Position numbers and translations under genes: made by a program | Source of the DNA: Gemmatimonadota bacterium | GTDB lineage: Bacteria > Gemmatimonadota > Gemmatimonadetes > Gemmatimonadales > GWC2-71-9 | Direction: 5' to 3' | Length of the DNA stretch: 64,000 nt | Assembly: GCA_041497135.1 (NCBI GenBank) | Contig: JBGQFX010000011.1 | Span: 5,908 to 69,907, forward strand | Shown here: positions 28,643-38,917 of the stretch, piece after piece | Numbering within the stretch: the stretch's first letter is position 1 | Layout: every line of letters begins with the position of its first letter | The notes under the pieces: model-generated | Database searches by the model: none | The model's input: the letters and a program-made list of their open reading frames with translations, nothing else | What the model was told of the DNA's origin: nothing

Positions 28643-29904
28643 GGGCGCGCGCGCCGCGCGGAATCGGCCGGCTGCTTGGCGGCGCGCACCGGGGTGGCGT
28701 CTTTCAGGTCGCGAATCGCCTGGTAAGGCCCGGCCACGATCTGCTCGCCCTCCCGCAGGCCGTCGAGCACTTCGAAATACTCGTCGCCCGCGATCCCCAC
28801 CCGGACCGGCCGGAACGTGGCCTTGCCGTTCAGCACCACGAACACGCCTTCCGTTTCCTTCTTCTTGCCGACGTGCGACGTGTCGCGCCGGCTCTCGGGC
28901 GTCACCGGCGTGTTTTCCCGGACCGTGAGGGCGATGATCGGAATCGACAGCGACTGCTTGCGCGTGTCGGTCACGATCCGCGCGGTGGCGGAGAGATCGG
29001 GGCGCACATCGCTGGGAGGATTCTCGAGCGTGACTTCCACCTCGTAATCCACCGCACGGTCGTTCGTGCCGGTCACCGCCGTCTGACTCAGGAGCGCGCT
29101 GTTCGCGATCTTGGTGACACGGCCCACGAACGCGGTGTCGGGGAACGCGTCGATCGACACTTCGACCGAATCACCCAGATGGATGCGGACCACGTCGGTC
29201 TCATCCACGTTCACCTTGGTCTGGATCACCGAGAGATCGGACACCGTGAGCAGGAGCCCGACATCCCTCGAGAATGTACCGGGCACGGCGACCTCGCCTT
29301 CTTCCACGGCGAGCCGGGTCACCCGGCCGGTCATGGGAGCGACGATGTGCGTCTTGGCCAGCTGGTCGCGCGACTCCTGGACGCCGGCGCGCGCCTGGTC
29401 CACCTGGTGCTCCGCCGAGTTGGCGACCGCCTCGGCCACATTGAACGAGGTCTGCGCCTGCTCCATCTGCTCATCGGAGATCAGGTTCGGGTTTTGGCGC
29501 TTGAGCTGTTTGGCCCGCTCCAGCGCCCGCGCGGCCTGATCACGGCTGGCCCGCGCCTGCACCAGCGCCGCCTGCGCCGACGCGTACGACGCCTGGGCGC
29601 GTTCCAGTCCCGCTTCGTAGATCGTCGGATCGATCTGCAGCAGGAACTGGCCCTTTTGCACCAGATCGCCTTCGTGCACCCCGAGCCGCGTGATGCGCCC
29701 CGTGATGTCGGGGCTGACGTCGACCTTCGTCTTCGGCTGCACCTTGCCGCTCGCCGTCACCGCCGCAACCAGATCGCGCCGACCCACCTTCTCGAACCTG
29801 ACTTCGACGCCACGCTCGCGCTTGGCGGAGGCACTCATCACGATCAGGCCGCCGACGAGCACGACGCCGCCGACGCCGATCAGAACCTTGCTCACCCTGG
29901 ACAT
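28639..29904 (-). CDS. Efflux periplasmic adaptor (HlyD/MacA family)
   Basis: N-terminal TM anchor [16 protein letters not shown]. Lipoyl-like segment [30 protein letters not shown]. Long coiled-coil hairpin (..[32 protein letters not shown]..). Beta-barrel and MP-domain-like C-terminus. Confidence 0.9.
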   Translation of the reverse strand: MSRVSKVLIGVGGVVLVGGLIVMSASAKRERGVEVRFEKVGRRDLVAAVTASGKVQPKTKVDVSPDITGRITRLGVHEGDLVQKGQFLLQIDPTIYEAGLERAQASYASAQAALVQARASRDQAARALERAKQLKRQNPNLISDEQMEQAQTSFNVAEAVANSAEHQVDQARAGVQESRDQLAKTHIVAPMTGRVTRLAVEEGEVAVPGTFSRDVGLLLTVSDLSVIQTKVNVDETDVVRIHLGDSVEVSIDAFPDTAFVGRVTKIANSALLSQTAVTGTNDRAVDYEVEVTLENPPSDVRPDLSATARIVTDTRKQSLSIPIIALTVRENTPVTPESRRDTSHVGKKKETEGVFVVLNGKATFRPVRVGIAGDEYFEVLDGLREGEQIVAGPYQAIRDLKDATPVRAAKQPADSARRARP

Positions 29905-29923
29905 GTCTCGGTTTCCTCTCCGG

Positions 29924-31411
29924 TTAACGCAAGCTGCGGCCGACCGACGCTTCCAGAGCCGCCACGGCCCGGTGGTAGTCGTAGATCGCCGCGATGTAGT
30001 CCGTCTCCGCCCGCAGCGCGGCCACCTGAGCGTCCAGCAGCTCGAAGAACGTGCCCGCGCCCACCTTGTAGCGGTCGGTGGCGAGCTGGACCTGCTCGCG
30101 CCCGAGGGCGCGGTTCGTATCCTGGATGCCGACCGCCTGATAGGCGGTCTGCAGCGTGTAGTACGCCTGGCTCACCTCGGTCTGCAACCCCAGGCCGCGC
30201 GCGCGCACGCTTTCCTCCAGGTTCTCGCGCTGCGCTTTGGCGAGGGAGACCTGCTGCGGCTGCGAGAAATTGGTCCACAAGGGCAGCGTGACCGAGAGGC
30301 GCGCCTGAAACGGCTGGCCGATGAAGGTGAACGGGAACACGTTGTTCTGGTCCCGTATCTGCTGCTCTCGCCCAGCGGTCCACACATACGGGCTGCAGTC
30401 GATTGGTGGGGTGAGGCCGTTGTTCGCGCGGATGATGTTGGTCTCCCGGCAGTCGATGTCCTGCGCGCCCGCCGAGAGCTGACTGCTGAGGATCACCGAG
30501 TTGAGATCGCCGCCGTGCGCGTACGCCTGGGTGAAACCCGACCACCCGGCCGAGAGCGACACCGTCGGGGCCCAGCTTGAGGCCGCCGCCCGGACCCCCC
30601 AGGCGGCAGAGCGCTCGCGCGCGCGCAGGGCCTCGAGCGCCGGGTTCTGCGCTTCCGCCATGGAGAGCACGTCCTCCAGCTTCCAGGTCGGCTCGGCCAT
30701 GGGGAACGTGTCGCTGAGTTGTACGGCGTCCACGCCGGTCGGGGCACTGACGCCCAGCTGCTCGAACAGACGCAGTTTCTCCACGCGCTGCGCCGTCCGG
30801 GCGCGCAGCAGGGAGACTTGCGCCTGCCCCAGTGCGACCTGCGCCTGGCGCACGTCGATCAGGGTCGCCTGGCCGACGGCGTAGCGCGCCTGGGCGAGCC
30901 GGAGAAACTCCTCGTCGCGCGTCACCAGCCGCTCGGCGACCCCGACGTTGTCACGGGCCTGCAAGACCGTCAGGTATTGCTGCGACACCGTGGCGTCGAG
31001 CGTGGCCCGGGCGCCATGGATATCGGCGTCCGCGGCCGTGAGCTCGGCTCTGCGCAGTCCCGGCTGCGACAACGTCGCGCCCGAGAGCGTCCAGTCGAGC
31101 CCGACCGAGTAACTCGAGCTCAGCGTGGCGTATGTCTGCGAGAAATTCGACGTGAGGAATCGCTGCGACCCCGTACCCGAGTACCCCAGGCTCCCCGACG
31201 CGGTGACCTGGGGGAGCAGCAAGCTCGCGAACGCGTTGCGCGTGCCCCACGCTGCCGGCGCGCGGTTGTTCAGCGCCTGGCGATAGACGGGGTTGTGGTC
31301 GTGCGCGATGCTCAACGCGTCTGCGAGCGACAAGGTCGCCGGAATCGGCTGCTGCGCGGCCGCGGTTCCGGCGATGCCCATCAGCCCGAACAAGAGTGTG
31401 AATTGTCTCAT
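29924..31411 (-). CDS. TolC-family outer-membrane efflux protein
   Basis: I chose the start at the Met at 31411 (MRQFTLLFGLMGIAGTAAAQQ signal). It has the two-repeat TolC architecture, with LSLADALSIAHDHNPVYRQA.. and a second half ..LEDVLSMAEAQNPALEAL... The C-terminus is ..YDYHRAVAALEASVGRSL. Confidence 0.9.
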   Translation of the reverse strand: MRQFTLLFGLMGIAGTAAAQQPIPATLSLADALSIAHDHNPVYRQALNNRAPAAWGTRNAFASLLLPQVTASGSLGYSGTGSQRFLTSNFSQTYATLSSSYSVGLDWTLSGATLSQPGLRRAELTAADADIHGARATLDATVSQQYLTVLQARDNVGVAERLVTRDEEFLRLAQARYAVGQATLIDVRQAQVALGQAQVSLLRARTAQRVEKLRLFEQLGVSAPTGVDAVQLSDTFPMAEPTWKLEDVLSMAEAQNPALEALRARERSAAWGVRAAASSWAPTVSLSAGWSGFTQAYAHGGDLNSVILSSQLSAGAQDIDCRETNIIRANNGLTPPIDCSPYVWTAGREQQIRDQNNVFPFTFIGQPFQARLSVTLPLWTNFSQPQQVSLAKAQRENLEESVRARGLGLQTEVSQAYYTLQTAYQAVGIQDTNRALGREQVQLATDRYKVGAGTFFELLDAQVAALRAETDYIAAIYDYHRAVAALEASVGRSLR

Positions 31412-31553
31412 GGGATCCTTTGCTGATGCCTGGGAAGCTATTCTGAAGCCGTGCCCCATACGCGTGCGGCCCAGGTCAGGTTTCGGGCTGCGACGTTCGC
31501 CCTGGCTGGGGGAAAAGCTAGCCGCTACAAGGACTTATGTGGAGTGGTGGGAA

Positions 31554-32225
31554 TCAGCCCGGCAACCGCTCGGCGCGCAGCGCACGAGCCGGCACTTCCA
31601 CCTTCATGAGACGCCCCTCCGGTGAGAGCCAGACGTGCACCGGGCCGTCGTCACCACCCGCGATGAGGACGTGACGCAGTGTGGCGGGATCGCGGTTCAA
31701 CGTCGTGACCCCGATCCCTAGATCGGTGACCGTCAGGGCAAGGCGCCGCGCCGTGCGAGGGTAGATCGCCGTGATGATTCTGGGCGTCGGCGACGCCAGC
31801 CAGCTCGCGACCAGGAACGGGGCGAACACGGAATCATCCACGATGACGGTGGGGTCTCCCCGAGCCAGCTCCCGCGCGCGCTCGAGCCCGGGCGCCACGT
31901 ACCGCAGCGTATACCGGCCCGGCCCAGGCTGGCCGGTGATGCGCTGCGAGGCTCCGTTGGCGGCGACCGCGTACTCGAGGGCCTCAGGCGCCGTGTCGGG
32001 TCCCAGGGCCAGCTTCGTTGCGAACGTGACCGGCGGCGTCGCGACCCAGCGGACGCGCGCGGCGAGCAGCCAGCCGCTCGTGCTGTCGGTGGCGTGGCGG
32101 CTCAGCAAGCGGAACGATTCGCGCGCCACTTCCTGCGTGTCCATCCGGACCACGAGCGTGCCTTCGTCCAGCGGGGTCCCCGCTCCCTGCGTGAGAACGA
32201 GCGCCGCGAGCAGCGCGGCGCTCAC
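31554..32225 (-). CDS. Hypothetical protein (possibly secreted)
   Basis: 223 aa with a hydrophobic N-terminus MSAALLAALVLTQGAG. The GTG start overlaps the creatininase stop (GTGA). The composition looks coding, but I recognise no family. Confidence 0.55.
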   Translation of the reverse strand: MSAALLAALVLTQGAGTPLDEGTLVVRMDTQEVARESFRLLSRHATDSTSGWLLAARVRWVATPPVTFATKLALGPDTAPEALEYAVAANGASQRITGQPGPGRYTLRYVAPGLERARELARGDPTVIVDDSVFAPFLVASWLASPTPRIITAIYPRTARRLALTVTDLGIGVTTLNRDPATLRHVLIAGGDDGPVHVWLSPEGRLMKVEVPARALRAERLPG

Positions 32226-32935
32226 GTGGCGGCGGGCGCCAGCACTCGCGTGGCGACGCGCTCCCGAATCATCTTATAGAGGCGCTCCCCCTTCTCGGGC
32301 GTCGCCAGGGTCGGTCGCCCCAGGGAGCCGGGCGAGAGGGCTGGCAACGGGCCGGTGAGGCCGCGCACATGGCGTCCTTCCGCCGGAGGGACGAAGTCCC
32401 GGGCCTGGTCCATGCGGACCAGCTCCGGCGCCAGGTAAAGTAGTAGGGACGTATCGAACTCCCCGCCGTGCGTGGGCGAGTCCGAATCGAGCAGTAGATC
32501 TTCCACGTCGAGGGCGAAGACGTCGACCGTGAACACCCGGGCCCGAGTCGTCCGCAGCGTGCAGAGCGCTTCCTGGTGGGGATCGTGGCCGTGGGCGGTG
32601 AGGATGATGAACTGGTCCACGCCGGCTTCCTCCCAGCTGCCGAGCAGATCGTTCATCCAGCGGTGCAGGGTCTTGCGTCGTACCGAGGCGTTGCCGGGGA
32701 ACGGACGCCGGGTGGCGGTGTTGACGCCGTACTCGACGGTCGGCGCGCGCAACACCTGGAATTCGGCGGAGAGATCGTCGGCGAGGCGCTCGACGATGAT
32801 GGTGTCACACCCCAACGGCAGGTGCGGACCGTGCTGCTCGCAGGTGCCGACGGGAATGAGCAGACGCGGATCCCGTGCGAGGTGCAAGCGGATGTCTTCG
32901 GGAACCAGGAGCTTCAGCTGCAGCGGCGCGCTCAT
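32222..32935 (-). CDS. Creatininase-family amidohydrolase
   Basis: LIPVGTCEQHGPHLPLGCDTII matches the family motif PvGs.EqHGpHLPlgtD, and later ..ILTAHGHD.. and ..HGGEFDTSLLLYL.. also fit. I chose the Met at 32935; the ORF opens at 32986. Confidence 0.8.
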   Translation of the reverse strand: MSAPLQLKLLVPEDIRLHLARDPRLLIPVGTCEQHGPHLPLGCDTIIVERLADDLSAEFQVLRAPTVEYGVNTATRRPFPGNASVRRKTLHRWMNDLLGSWEEAGVDQFIILTAHGHDPHQEALCTLRTTRARVFTVDVFALDVEDLLLDSDSPTHGGEFDTSLLLYLAPELVRMDQARDFVPPAEGRHVRGLTGPLPALSPGSLGRPTLATPEKGERLYKMIRERVATRVLAPAAT

Positions 32936-33103
32936 CCGATAGTCGCGGGCGTCCTCGCCGCGCTGGCGGCGGCCGAATGGCTGCACGGGCTGGGGGCGGG
33001 CTGGTCGTGGCTCGCGGGCGCGGCCGGGCTCGCCGCGGCGGCGACGGCGCTCGCGACTCGTCCGTGGCGACCGGCCACCCTGTTCGCGGGCGGTGCGAGC
33101 CTG

Positions 33104-36100
33104 GTGCTCGGGCTCGTGCTGGTTGTCGGTGCCCGGGATGTGCGCCGGGTGGAGTGCTGCTGGGCTGCGCTACGCGAAGCCCGCGTCACGGCGGCGTCGA
33201 GCTCGCTCGAAGCGACCTTGGCCGACGCGGTAGCGCTGGCGCGACGCCTCGCGGAGCGGGGCGCGACCGCCGCGGAATTGCCGCCGGGCGCGGCATTCGA
33301 CCAGCTGGCCTCGGCGGTTGCGACGACACGTCCCGCGGCGGAACACGGAGTGATCGTGCTCGATGCCGACGGCGCGCCGTACGCCTGGGCCGGCCGGCAC
33401 CGGGCGATCCCCGTGGTCGACACGACGGAATTGCGCGCGGTCATCACCCCATTCTACGTCACGCTCGAGGCCCGGCGCCAGGCGCCGGCGGGCCGCGCCG
33501 CCGTCGGCTCCGTACTGCTCGACGCGGCGCCCGCGGTGGCGGACCGTGGCGGCGCCCTGTCGGTCGTGTTCGGACACGCCCATGGCGTCGAGCTGCGCTT
33601 CGCGGCCCCCGGCGTCGCGCCGCATGACTCCGATGAGTTCGAGTTCTGTGCCGCCACCTGCGACGCGAGTCCGGTCCTGTTCACGGTGCGACCGCGTCCG
33701 CCGTCCCAGGGTGACGCCAAGCTTGCCGTGCTGGCGCGGGTCGCCGGGAGCGCCGGCGTGATGCTCGCTGTCGCGCTGGCGCTGTTGCTCATCGCCGCGC
33801 CGCCCGGCCGCGGGCGGTGGCTGGTCGTGGCGATGACGGCGTGGGCCGCGGCTCGAGCGTTCTTCGGACCCGCGGTGCCGCCGGCAGCGCTGTTTTCGCC
33901 CGCCACGTTTTACCGGCCGTTGCTGCGCGATTTCAGCGCGTCGGCCGGCGCGCTGCTCGCCATCGCCGTGCTGGGGCTGCTCGTGGCGGCCTCGGTGTGG
34001 CGGCGTGGCTCGCCGCGACGGTGGTGGAACGTCGTGATCGCCGCCGCGTTGCTCGTCTACGCGCCGTATCTCGTGCGCTACCTCGGGCGCGGCATCGCCC
34101 CTCCTGCCGCCGGCGTGAGCTTCGGCCTGTGGATGTCCTGGGAGACGGCGCTCGCCGCGGCGAGCATGATGGTCGTGCTCCTCGCCGCGGCCCTGGTGCG
34201 CGGCCCGGTCGAGCCCACGCGAGTGCCGTGGACCATCGCCGCTTCGTGTGTCTGGGCGGGACTTGCCGGGGCGGTGGGGCTGTGGTTGTGGCAGCCCTCG
34301 GGTGCGTGGCCCGAGTGGTACACATTCTTGTGGCTGCCGGCATTGGCGGGCGTGATCGTCCCCGCTCCGCGGCGCTGGGCCTTGCTCGGGATCGCGGTCG
34401 TCGCGGGCTCGGCGGCCGGCCTCGTGACCTGGGGCGCCGCGCTGGAAGGACGAGTCCAGCTGGCAGTCCGCGATGCGCAGCGGCTCGGAAGTGATCCCGA
34501 TCCGCTGGCGGTGGCGGAGTTGGAGCGTCTGGGCCGGCAGGTGCAGCGCGGTCCGGTTCCTTCAACCGCCGCGGACCTGTACGTACTGTGGCGCGAGTCG
34601 CCGCTCGCCACGCTGGACTATCCCACCGTACTGCTCGCGTGGGACAGCACCGGCCGGACGCTGGCCGAGCTGCGGCTCGCGTCGCTCGATCTCCCGACTC
34701 CGCTGCTCGCGGCACTGGCGCTCGATTCCGCCTTGACGGCGCCGCGGGTGGAGCCGCTGAACCGGATTCCCGGCACCGTGTACGTGTTGGCCACGCCGCT
34801 CTCCGGTGGCGCCGTCCTGACCGTAGGTGTAGGCCCGCGGTCCCGGCTGGTACCGGCGAGCCGCGTGGCGCGCTTTCTCCGCGGCGAGCGCAGCGCGGAG
34901 CCTCCCTACGCCATTTCCTTGTCGCTGCCGACGTCGGCACCCGAGCCGACCTTCGTCCAATGGAGGCGGTCGGGATGGACCGCCCGCGGGGACCGGCGCG
35001 TCGATCTGCCCGGCGGCGTGCGCCACGTCCACCTCTCGCTCGACCTGCGCGGTCCGTGGGCGGCGCTGGTGCGCGGGATTCTGGTCGTCCTGGCCGACGT
35101 CATGTTGCTCGCCGCCGTCTGGGTCTTGAGTCGGCTCGTAGCCGGTGGATGGGCGCCTCGGGCGCCGTCGTTGCCGCGTGCTTTGGCGAGCTACCGCGGT
35201 CGATTGACCATGGCCCTGGCGGCGTTCTTCATCGCCCCGGTGCTCGCCTTCGCGCTGTCCAACTTCGCCCGGCTCGGTGATTCGGCGCGGGCCAGCGGAG
35301 ATCTGCTCATCCGGCAGACGCTGCGCGACGCGGTGGCGTCGGCCGGGGAAACGGGGCCCGGCGGCGTGGGCGCGCTCGCCGCGATGGTCACCGATTTGGG
35401 GCGGCGTCTCGACGCCGACCTGTGGGCTTACCGGGGTGGGCGGCTCGCCGGCACGAGCGCCGCGGTGCTCGCGGAGCTGGCCCTCGTGGATCCGTTGCTG
35501 GAGCCGCGAGTGCAGCGACGTCTGGCGTACGAGGACGAGCTGGAGTTGACGGTCGATGATCGCACGGCGGGTCGGCCCACCCGGGTCGGGTATCGGGTGG
35601 CGGAGGCCGGCTCGCCGCGTGATGTAGTGGTGCTCGCCGCGCCACAGCTGCTCGACGATGAGGCGGTTCGTCGCCAGCAGGAGGATCTCGGGCTGGCGCT
35701 GATCCTCGCGACTCTGGTGGGGTTGATCGCCGCGGGCGCGTTGGCGGGCGTCGTGGCGCGCACACTGGCGCAGCCCGTGGCGGTGCTGCGGGAGGCCGCG
35801 CTGGCCGTGGGGCAGGGCGCCGTTCCGCCGCCGTTCCCGGCGCACGTACCGGCGGAGTTTGTGCCGGTGCTCACTGCGTTCGAGCGCATGGTGCGCGACG
35901 TACGCCGCAGCCAGGCGGCGCTCGAGGAGTCGCGGCGGCGCACGGCGCAGGTGCTCGCGAACGTGGCCACCGGCGTCGTGGCCGTGGACGACGGGTTGCG
36001 CGTGACGATCGCGAACCCGCGCGCAGAAGATCTGCTCGGCGCTCGTCTGGAGCCTGGAGACATCGTGGCCGGCGCCACGGCCCCGGACTGGACCCCGGTC

Positions 36101-36952
36101 TGGGAGGCCGTGCGGGCGTTTATCGCGTCGCAGGGGACCGAAATCGTCGAGCGCGAGTTCGCGATCCATGGGCGCGACATTCGCGTGCAGCTCGCTCCCC
36201 TGGGGGAGGGCGCATCACGCGACGGGTGCGTCGTGGCCCTGGACGACACGACCGCCATGGCGCGGGCGTCCCGCGTCCTGGCCTGGGGCGAGATGGCGCG
36301 GCAGGTCGCCCACGAGATCAAGAATCCGCTCACGCCGATCCGGCTCGGCATCCAGCATCTGGAGCGGGTCCACGGCGCCGGGCCACGCGCCGACTTCGAC
36401 CGGACGCTGCGGGACACGGCGCAGCGCATTCTCGCCGAGATCGACCGCCTCGACACCATCGCGCGCGCGTTCTCGCGCTTCGGGGCGCCGATGGAAAGCC
36501 AGGCGGCCCTCGAGGCGGTGGACCTGCATGCGTTGGCGCGGGATGTGGTGCAGCTGTACGCGCTGGGTGACGAGCCGGGCGGAGCGCGGGTGGTGCTGAC
36601 AGGGGAATCGGGACGTGCGGCGCAGGCCCGCCGGGACGAGGTCAAGGAGGTGCTCGTCAACCTGGTGGAGAACGCCCGCATCGCGGGGGCGCGGGAAGTG
36701 CGCGTCGGGATCGACGCGGACGGACTCCGGCTCACCGTCAGCGACGATGGCAGCGGCATTCCCCCCGACGCGCAAGGGCGCGTATTCGAGCCGATGTTCT
36801 CGACCCGGTCGAGTGGATCGGGGCTGGGGCTGGCGATCGCCCGGCGGCTGGTCGAGAGCTGGGGGGGGACAATCACCCTCACCAGCGCGCTGGGGAGCGG
36901 AACGACGGTCCAGCTGGTGCTGCGGGCGGCCTCAAAGACTGGTGCGGCGTGA
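33104..36952 (+). CDS. Sensor histidine kinase, NtrY-like (large polytopic N-terminus + HAMP + PAS + HisKA + HATPase_c)
   Basis: H-box EMARQVAHEIKNPLTPIRLGIQHLE (~36290-36365). N-box LVNLVENA. G-boxes DDGSGIP and RSSGSGLGLAIARRLVE. A PAS-like segment VLANVATGVVAVDDGLRVTIANPRAEDLLG follows a HAMP-like linker. Many hydrophobic segments occur earlier. The start is uncertain: the frame is open from 32576, but that part overlaps the divergent creatininase gene. The first canonical start after it is the GTG at 33104. Confidence 0.8.
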   Translation: MLGLVLVVGARDVRRVECCWAALREARVTAASSSLEATLADAVALARRLAERGATAAELPPGAAFDQLASAVATTRPAAEHGVIVLDADGAPYAWAGRHRAIPVVDTTELRAVITPFYVTLEARRQAPAGRAAVGSVLLDAAPAVADRGGALSVVFGHAHGVELRFAAPGVAPHDSDEFEFCAATCDASPVLFTVRPRPPSQGDAKLAVLARVAGSAGVMLAVALALLLIAAPPGRGRWLVVAMTAWAAARAFFGPAVPPAALFSPATFYRPLLRDFSASAGALLAIAVLGLLVAASVWRRGSPRRWWNVVIAAALLVYAPYLVRYLGRGIAPPAAGVSFGLWMSWETALAAASMMVVLLAAALVRGPVEPTRVPWTIAASCVWAGLAGAVGLWLWQPSGAWPEWYTFLWLPALAGVIVPAPRRWALLGIAVVAGSAAGLVTWGAALEGRVQLAVRDAQRLGSDPDPLAVAELERLGRQVQRGPVPSTAADLYVLWRESPLATLDYPTVLLAWDSTGRTLAELRLASLDLPTPLLAALALDSALTAPRVEPLNRIPGTVYVLATPLSGGAVLTVGVGPRSRLVPASRVARFLRGERSAEPPYAISLSLPTSAPEPTFVQWRRSGWTARGDRRVDLPGGVRHVHLSLDLRGPWAALVRGILVVLADVMLLAAVWVLSRLVAGGWAPRAPSLPRALASYRGRLTMALAAFFIAPVLAFALSNFARLGDSARASGDLLIRQTLRDAVASAGETGPGGVGALAAMVTDLGRRLDADLWAYRGGRLAGTSAAVLAELALVDPLLEPRVQRRLAYEDELELTVDDRTAGRPTRVGYRVAEAGSPRDVVVLAAPQLLDDEAVRRQQEDLGLALILATLVGLIAAGALAGVVARTLAQPVAVLREAALAVGQGAVPPPFPAHVPAEFVPVLTAFERMVRDVRRSQAALEESRRRTAQVLANVATGVVAVDDGLRVTIANPRAEDLLGARLEPGDIVAGATAPDWTPVWEAVRAFIASQGTEIVEREFAIHGRDIRVQLAPLGEGASRDGCVVALDDTTAMARASRVLAWGEMARQVAHEIKNPLTPIRLGIQHLERVHGAGPRADFDRTLRDTAQRILAEIDRLDTIARAFSRFGAPMESQAALEAVDLHALARDVVQLYALGDEPGGARVVLTGESGRAAQARRDEVKEVLVNLVENARIAGAREVRVGIDADGLRLTVSDDGSGIPPDAQGRVFEPMFSTRSSGSGLGLAIARRLVESWGGTITLTSALGSGTTVQLVLRAASKTGAA

Positions 36953-36980
36953 CCGGACTCACAACATTAGAGCCCGGCGA

Positions 36981-38342
36981 ATGCCACCATTCTCCCGTAC
37001 TCGCCCGAGGTGGATCGTGCGGCACTGGTTTGTGCTCCTGCTGTCGGCCGGCTGGCTGGTGGGCCTCGCCCCCGTGGCGCGGGCTCAATTGTCGTTCGAC
37101 GCGCGCCGCACGGGGATGGCGGGAGTCAGCCTGAGCCGAGACGGGGCGCTGGGCCGGTTCAATCCGGCTTACCCCGCCGTGCCGGCCCGGCAGGGACGCG
37201 GCGCCAAGGTCACGATTCCAGTTCCGTTGGGCCTGTTCCAGGTGCTCAAGGACAGCGCCGCGTTCGACTTCAACAAATCGTACTTCAATCCAATCGCGCT
37301 GGCGAACTACATTCTGCACCCGCCGCTCTTCTACGAGATCAAGAAGACCCCAACTCCGACCAACGACGTCGAGTTCACGATCGGCCGCGATTCGCTCATC
37401 GTGGACCTGGGCTCGGCGGCGCAGCTCGTGCCCACCGACCGGTTCGGCTTCGGCGGGGAGAGCCGCCTGATGGACATCGGGCTCACGATCAAGGGCGTGC
37501 ATATCGGCGCGCTGGTGTGGGAGGACCACGAGGTCGGCTTCCAACTGGGCGATACGCTGCTCCGGTTCCTCCGGCAGAAGGCGCCCGCCGATACCAATAC
37601 GACTTACGCGAGCGACGGGGACGCGATTGCGCAAGCCGGGTTCGCCCCGACGCTGGGCTACGCCGGCCGCGTATGGGGCGACAGCACACGCGGAATCTAC
37701 GTGGGAGCCGCGGCGCACTACTATCTCGGCGTCGCCTACGGGTCCGTCGTCGGCACAGCCGGCTTCGTCACCGGCGACACCCTGTTCGCCGGGTCCAATC
37801 CAGTGACGCCCACCGTGGATGCGCTCGTCACGTACTCGAAGGCCGGTCATTCGTTCGGGCATGGCTTCGGCGCGGACGTCGGGATCGTGTACGTGACCGG
37901 TCCGGTGGAGGTTGGGTTCGGGGTCAACGACATCGGCGCGACGCTGACCTGGCCCGATACCCGCGTCGACCGCGATACCTTCGACACCGCCGCGAACAAC
38001 TTCGGCTCGAGCCTGGTGGCCAACCACGTGCCGAGCAAGACAAAGCTGCCCGTAACCTACGTCGCGAACGCGTCACTTGAGCTGGGCACCAACACGACTG
38101 CCGGCACTACGATTCTCAACAATGGCCGTGGCACCACGATCCAGATCGGGGTGGAGCAGCGCGTCGGGCCGCTGGCGCTCCGGGGCGGCGTGGCGCGCGA
38201 CCAGCGCAAGCGCGTTCAGCTCGGCTGGGGCACCGGTGTCCGGTTCGGGGCATTCGGTCTCGACGTGGGTTTCGCGACGCATTCCGGCTCACTGTCCACG
38301 GCCCGTGGGATCACCATGGCCACCTCGATTTCCATCTACTGA
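36981..38342 (+). CDS. Outer-membrane beta-barrel protein, FadL/PorV/UPF0164-like (unverified)
   Basis: The ATG at 36981 gives the signal MPPFSRTRPRWIVRHWFVLLLSAGWLVGLAPVARAQ. It has alternating beta-strand-like segments and the C-terminal beta-signal GITMATSISIY (terminal aromatic). The N-terminal ARRTGMAGVSLS..FNPAY resembles, from memory, the signature of PorV/UPF0164-type barrels. Confidence 0.7.
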   Translation: MPPFSRTRPRWIVRHWFVLLLSAGWLVGLAPVARAQLSFDARRTGMAGVSLSRDGALGRFNPAYPAVPARQGRGAKVTIPVPLGLFQVLKDSAAFDFNKSYFNPIALANYILHPPLFYEIKKTPTPTNDVEFTIGRDSLIVDLGSAAQLVPTDRFGFGGESRLMDIGLTIKGVHIGALVWEDHEVGFQLGDTLLRFLRQKAPADTNTTYASDGDAIAQAGFAPTLGYAGRVWGDSTRGIYVGAAAHYYLGVAYGSVVGTAGFVTGDTLFAGSNPVTPTVDALVTYSKAGHSFGHGFGADVGIVYVTGPVEVGFGVNDIGATLTWPDTRVDRDTFDTAANNFGSSLVANHVPSKTKLPVTYVANASLELGTNTTAGTTILNNGRGTTIQIGVEQRVGPLALRGGVARDQRKRVQLGWGTGVRFGAFGLDVGFATHSGSLSTARGITMATSISIY

Positions 38343-38893
38343 TGCGCACGGGAGCGTCGATGTCGGTCACCCGGCTCACTTGGCTCGCGGCCACCGCGGC
38401 GGGCGTGCTGATCCTCGGGTGCGGGGAAGGCCGCGCCATCTTTAATGTGGACGTGTACAGCTTTCTCAAGGACGCGGGGAATGATTCCGTCCCCTACGTC
38501 GCGCCGTCGCCGTTCGACACGACCCCGCCTCAGCCGGTCAACCTATTGCCGATTGGACTGGGCAGCTCGGTTGTGGAGTCCGTGACCGTGAGCGGCAGTG
38601 TCGACTTCGTGAATCAGGCGGGGAACGGCACGGTCGGTCTCGAGTTCTACATCGACACCGTTCCCGCCGTGTATGGGGGCACGCCGGCCTTCTCCGTGAC
38701 GCCGGTCGCCGTCACGCCGGGGAACACCAGCCCGGCCCCTTTCCAAGGGGACTTGGCTGCCCTGTCCCGTCAGTTGTTTCTGAGCCAGACGGTGTACGTC
38801 GGGATGCGGGCTGTGGCCTCCGGGTTGGCGGTGGGGAAAGCGCGGCTCAGCGCGCTGCGCCTGCGCATCGTGATTCAAGACAAGATCTTCTAG
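38342..38893 (+). CDS. Small lipoprotein, unknown function
   Basis: 183 aa. Lipobox AAGVLILGC. The start overlaps the barrel gene stop (TGATG). The C-terminus LSALRLRIVIQDKIF has an alternating hydrophobic pattern and a terminal Phe. Confidence 0.65.
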   Translation: MRTGASMSVTRLTWLAATAAGVLILGCGEGRAIFNVDVYSFLKDAGNDSVPYVAPSPFDTTPPQPVNLLPIGLGSSVVESVTVSGSVDFVNQAGNGTVGLEFYIDTVPAVYGGTPAFSVTPVAVTPGNTSPAPFQGDLAALSRQLFLSQTVYVGMRAVASGLAVGKARLSALRLRIVIQDKIF

Positions 38894-38917
38894 CCGAACC
38901 GCGCCGTTCGTGACACA

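Noticed and set aside
28873-30291. 472-aa plus-strand ORF opposite the adaptor and TolC genes (also 27512..28726 and 27136..28002)
   Set aside because: They are antisense to genes with Walker, HlyD and TolC signatures, and their composition is Arg-rich.
34562-36882. Long minus-strand ORFs (34562..36169, 35428..36882, 33933..34940, 36879..38027) opposite the kinase and barrel genes
   Set aside because: The plus frame contains the H-, N- and G-boxes and the OMP beta-signal. The minus ORFs are Arg/Pro/Ser low-complexity.
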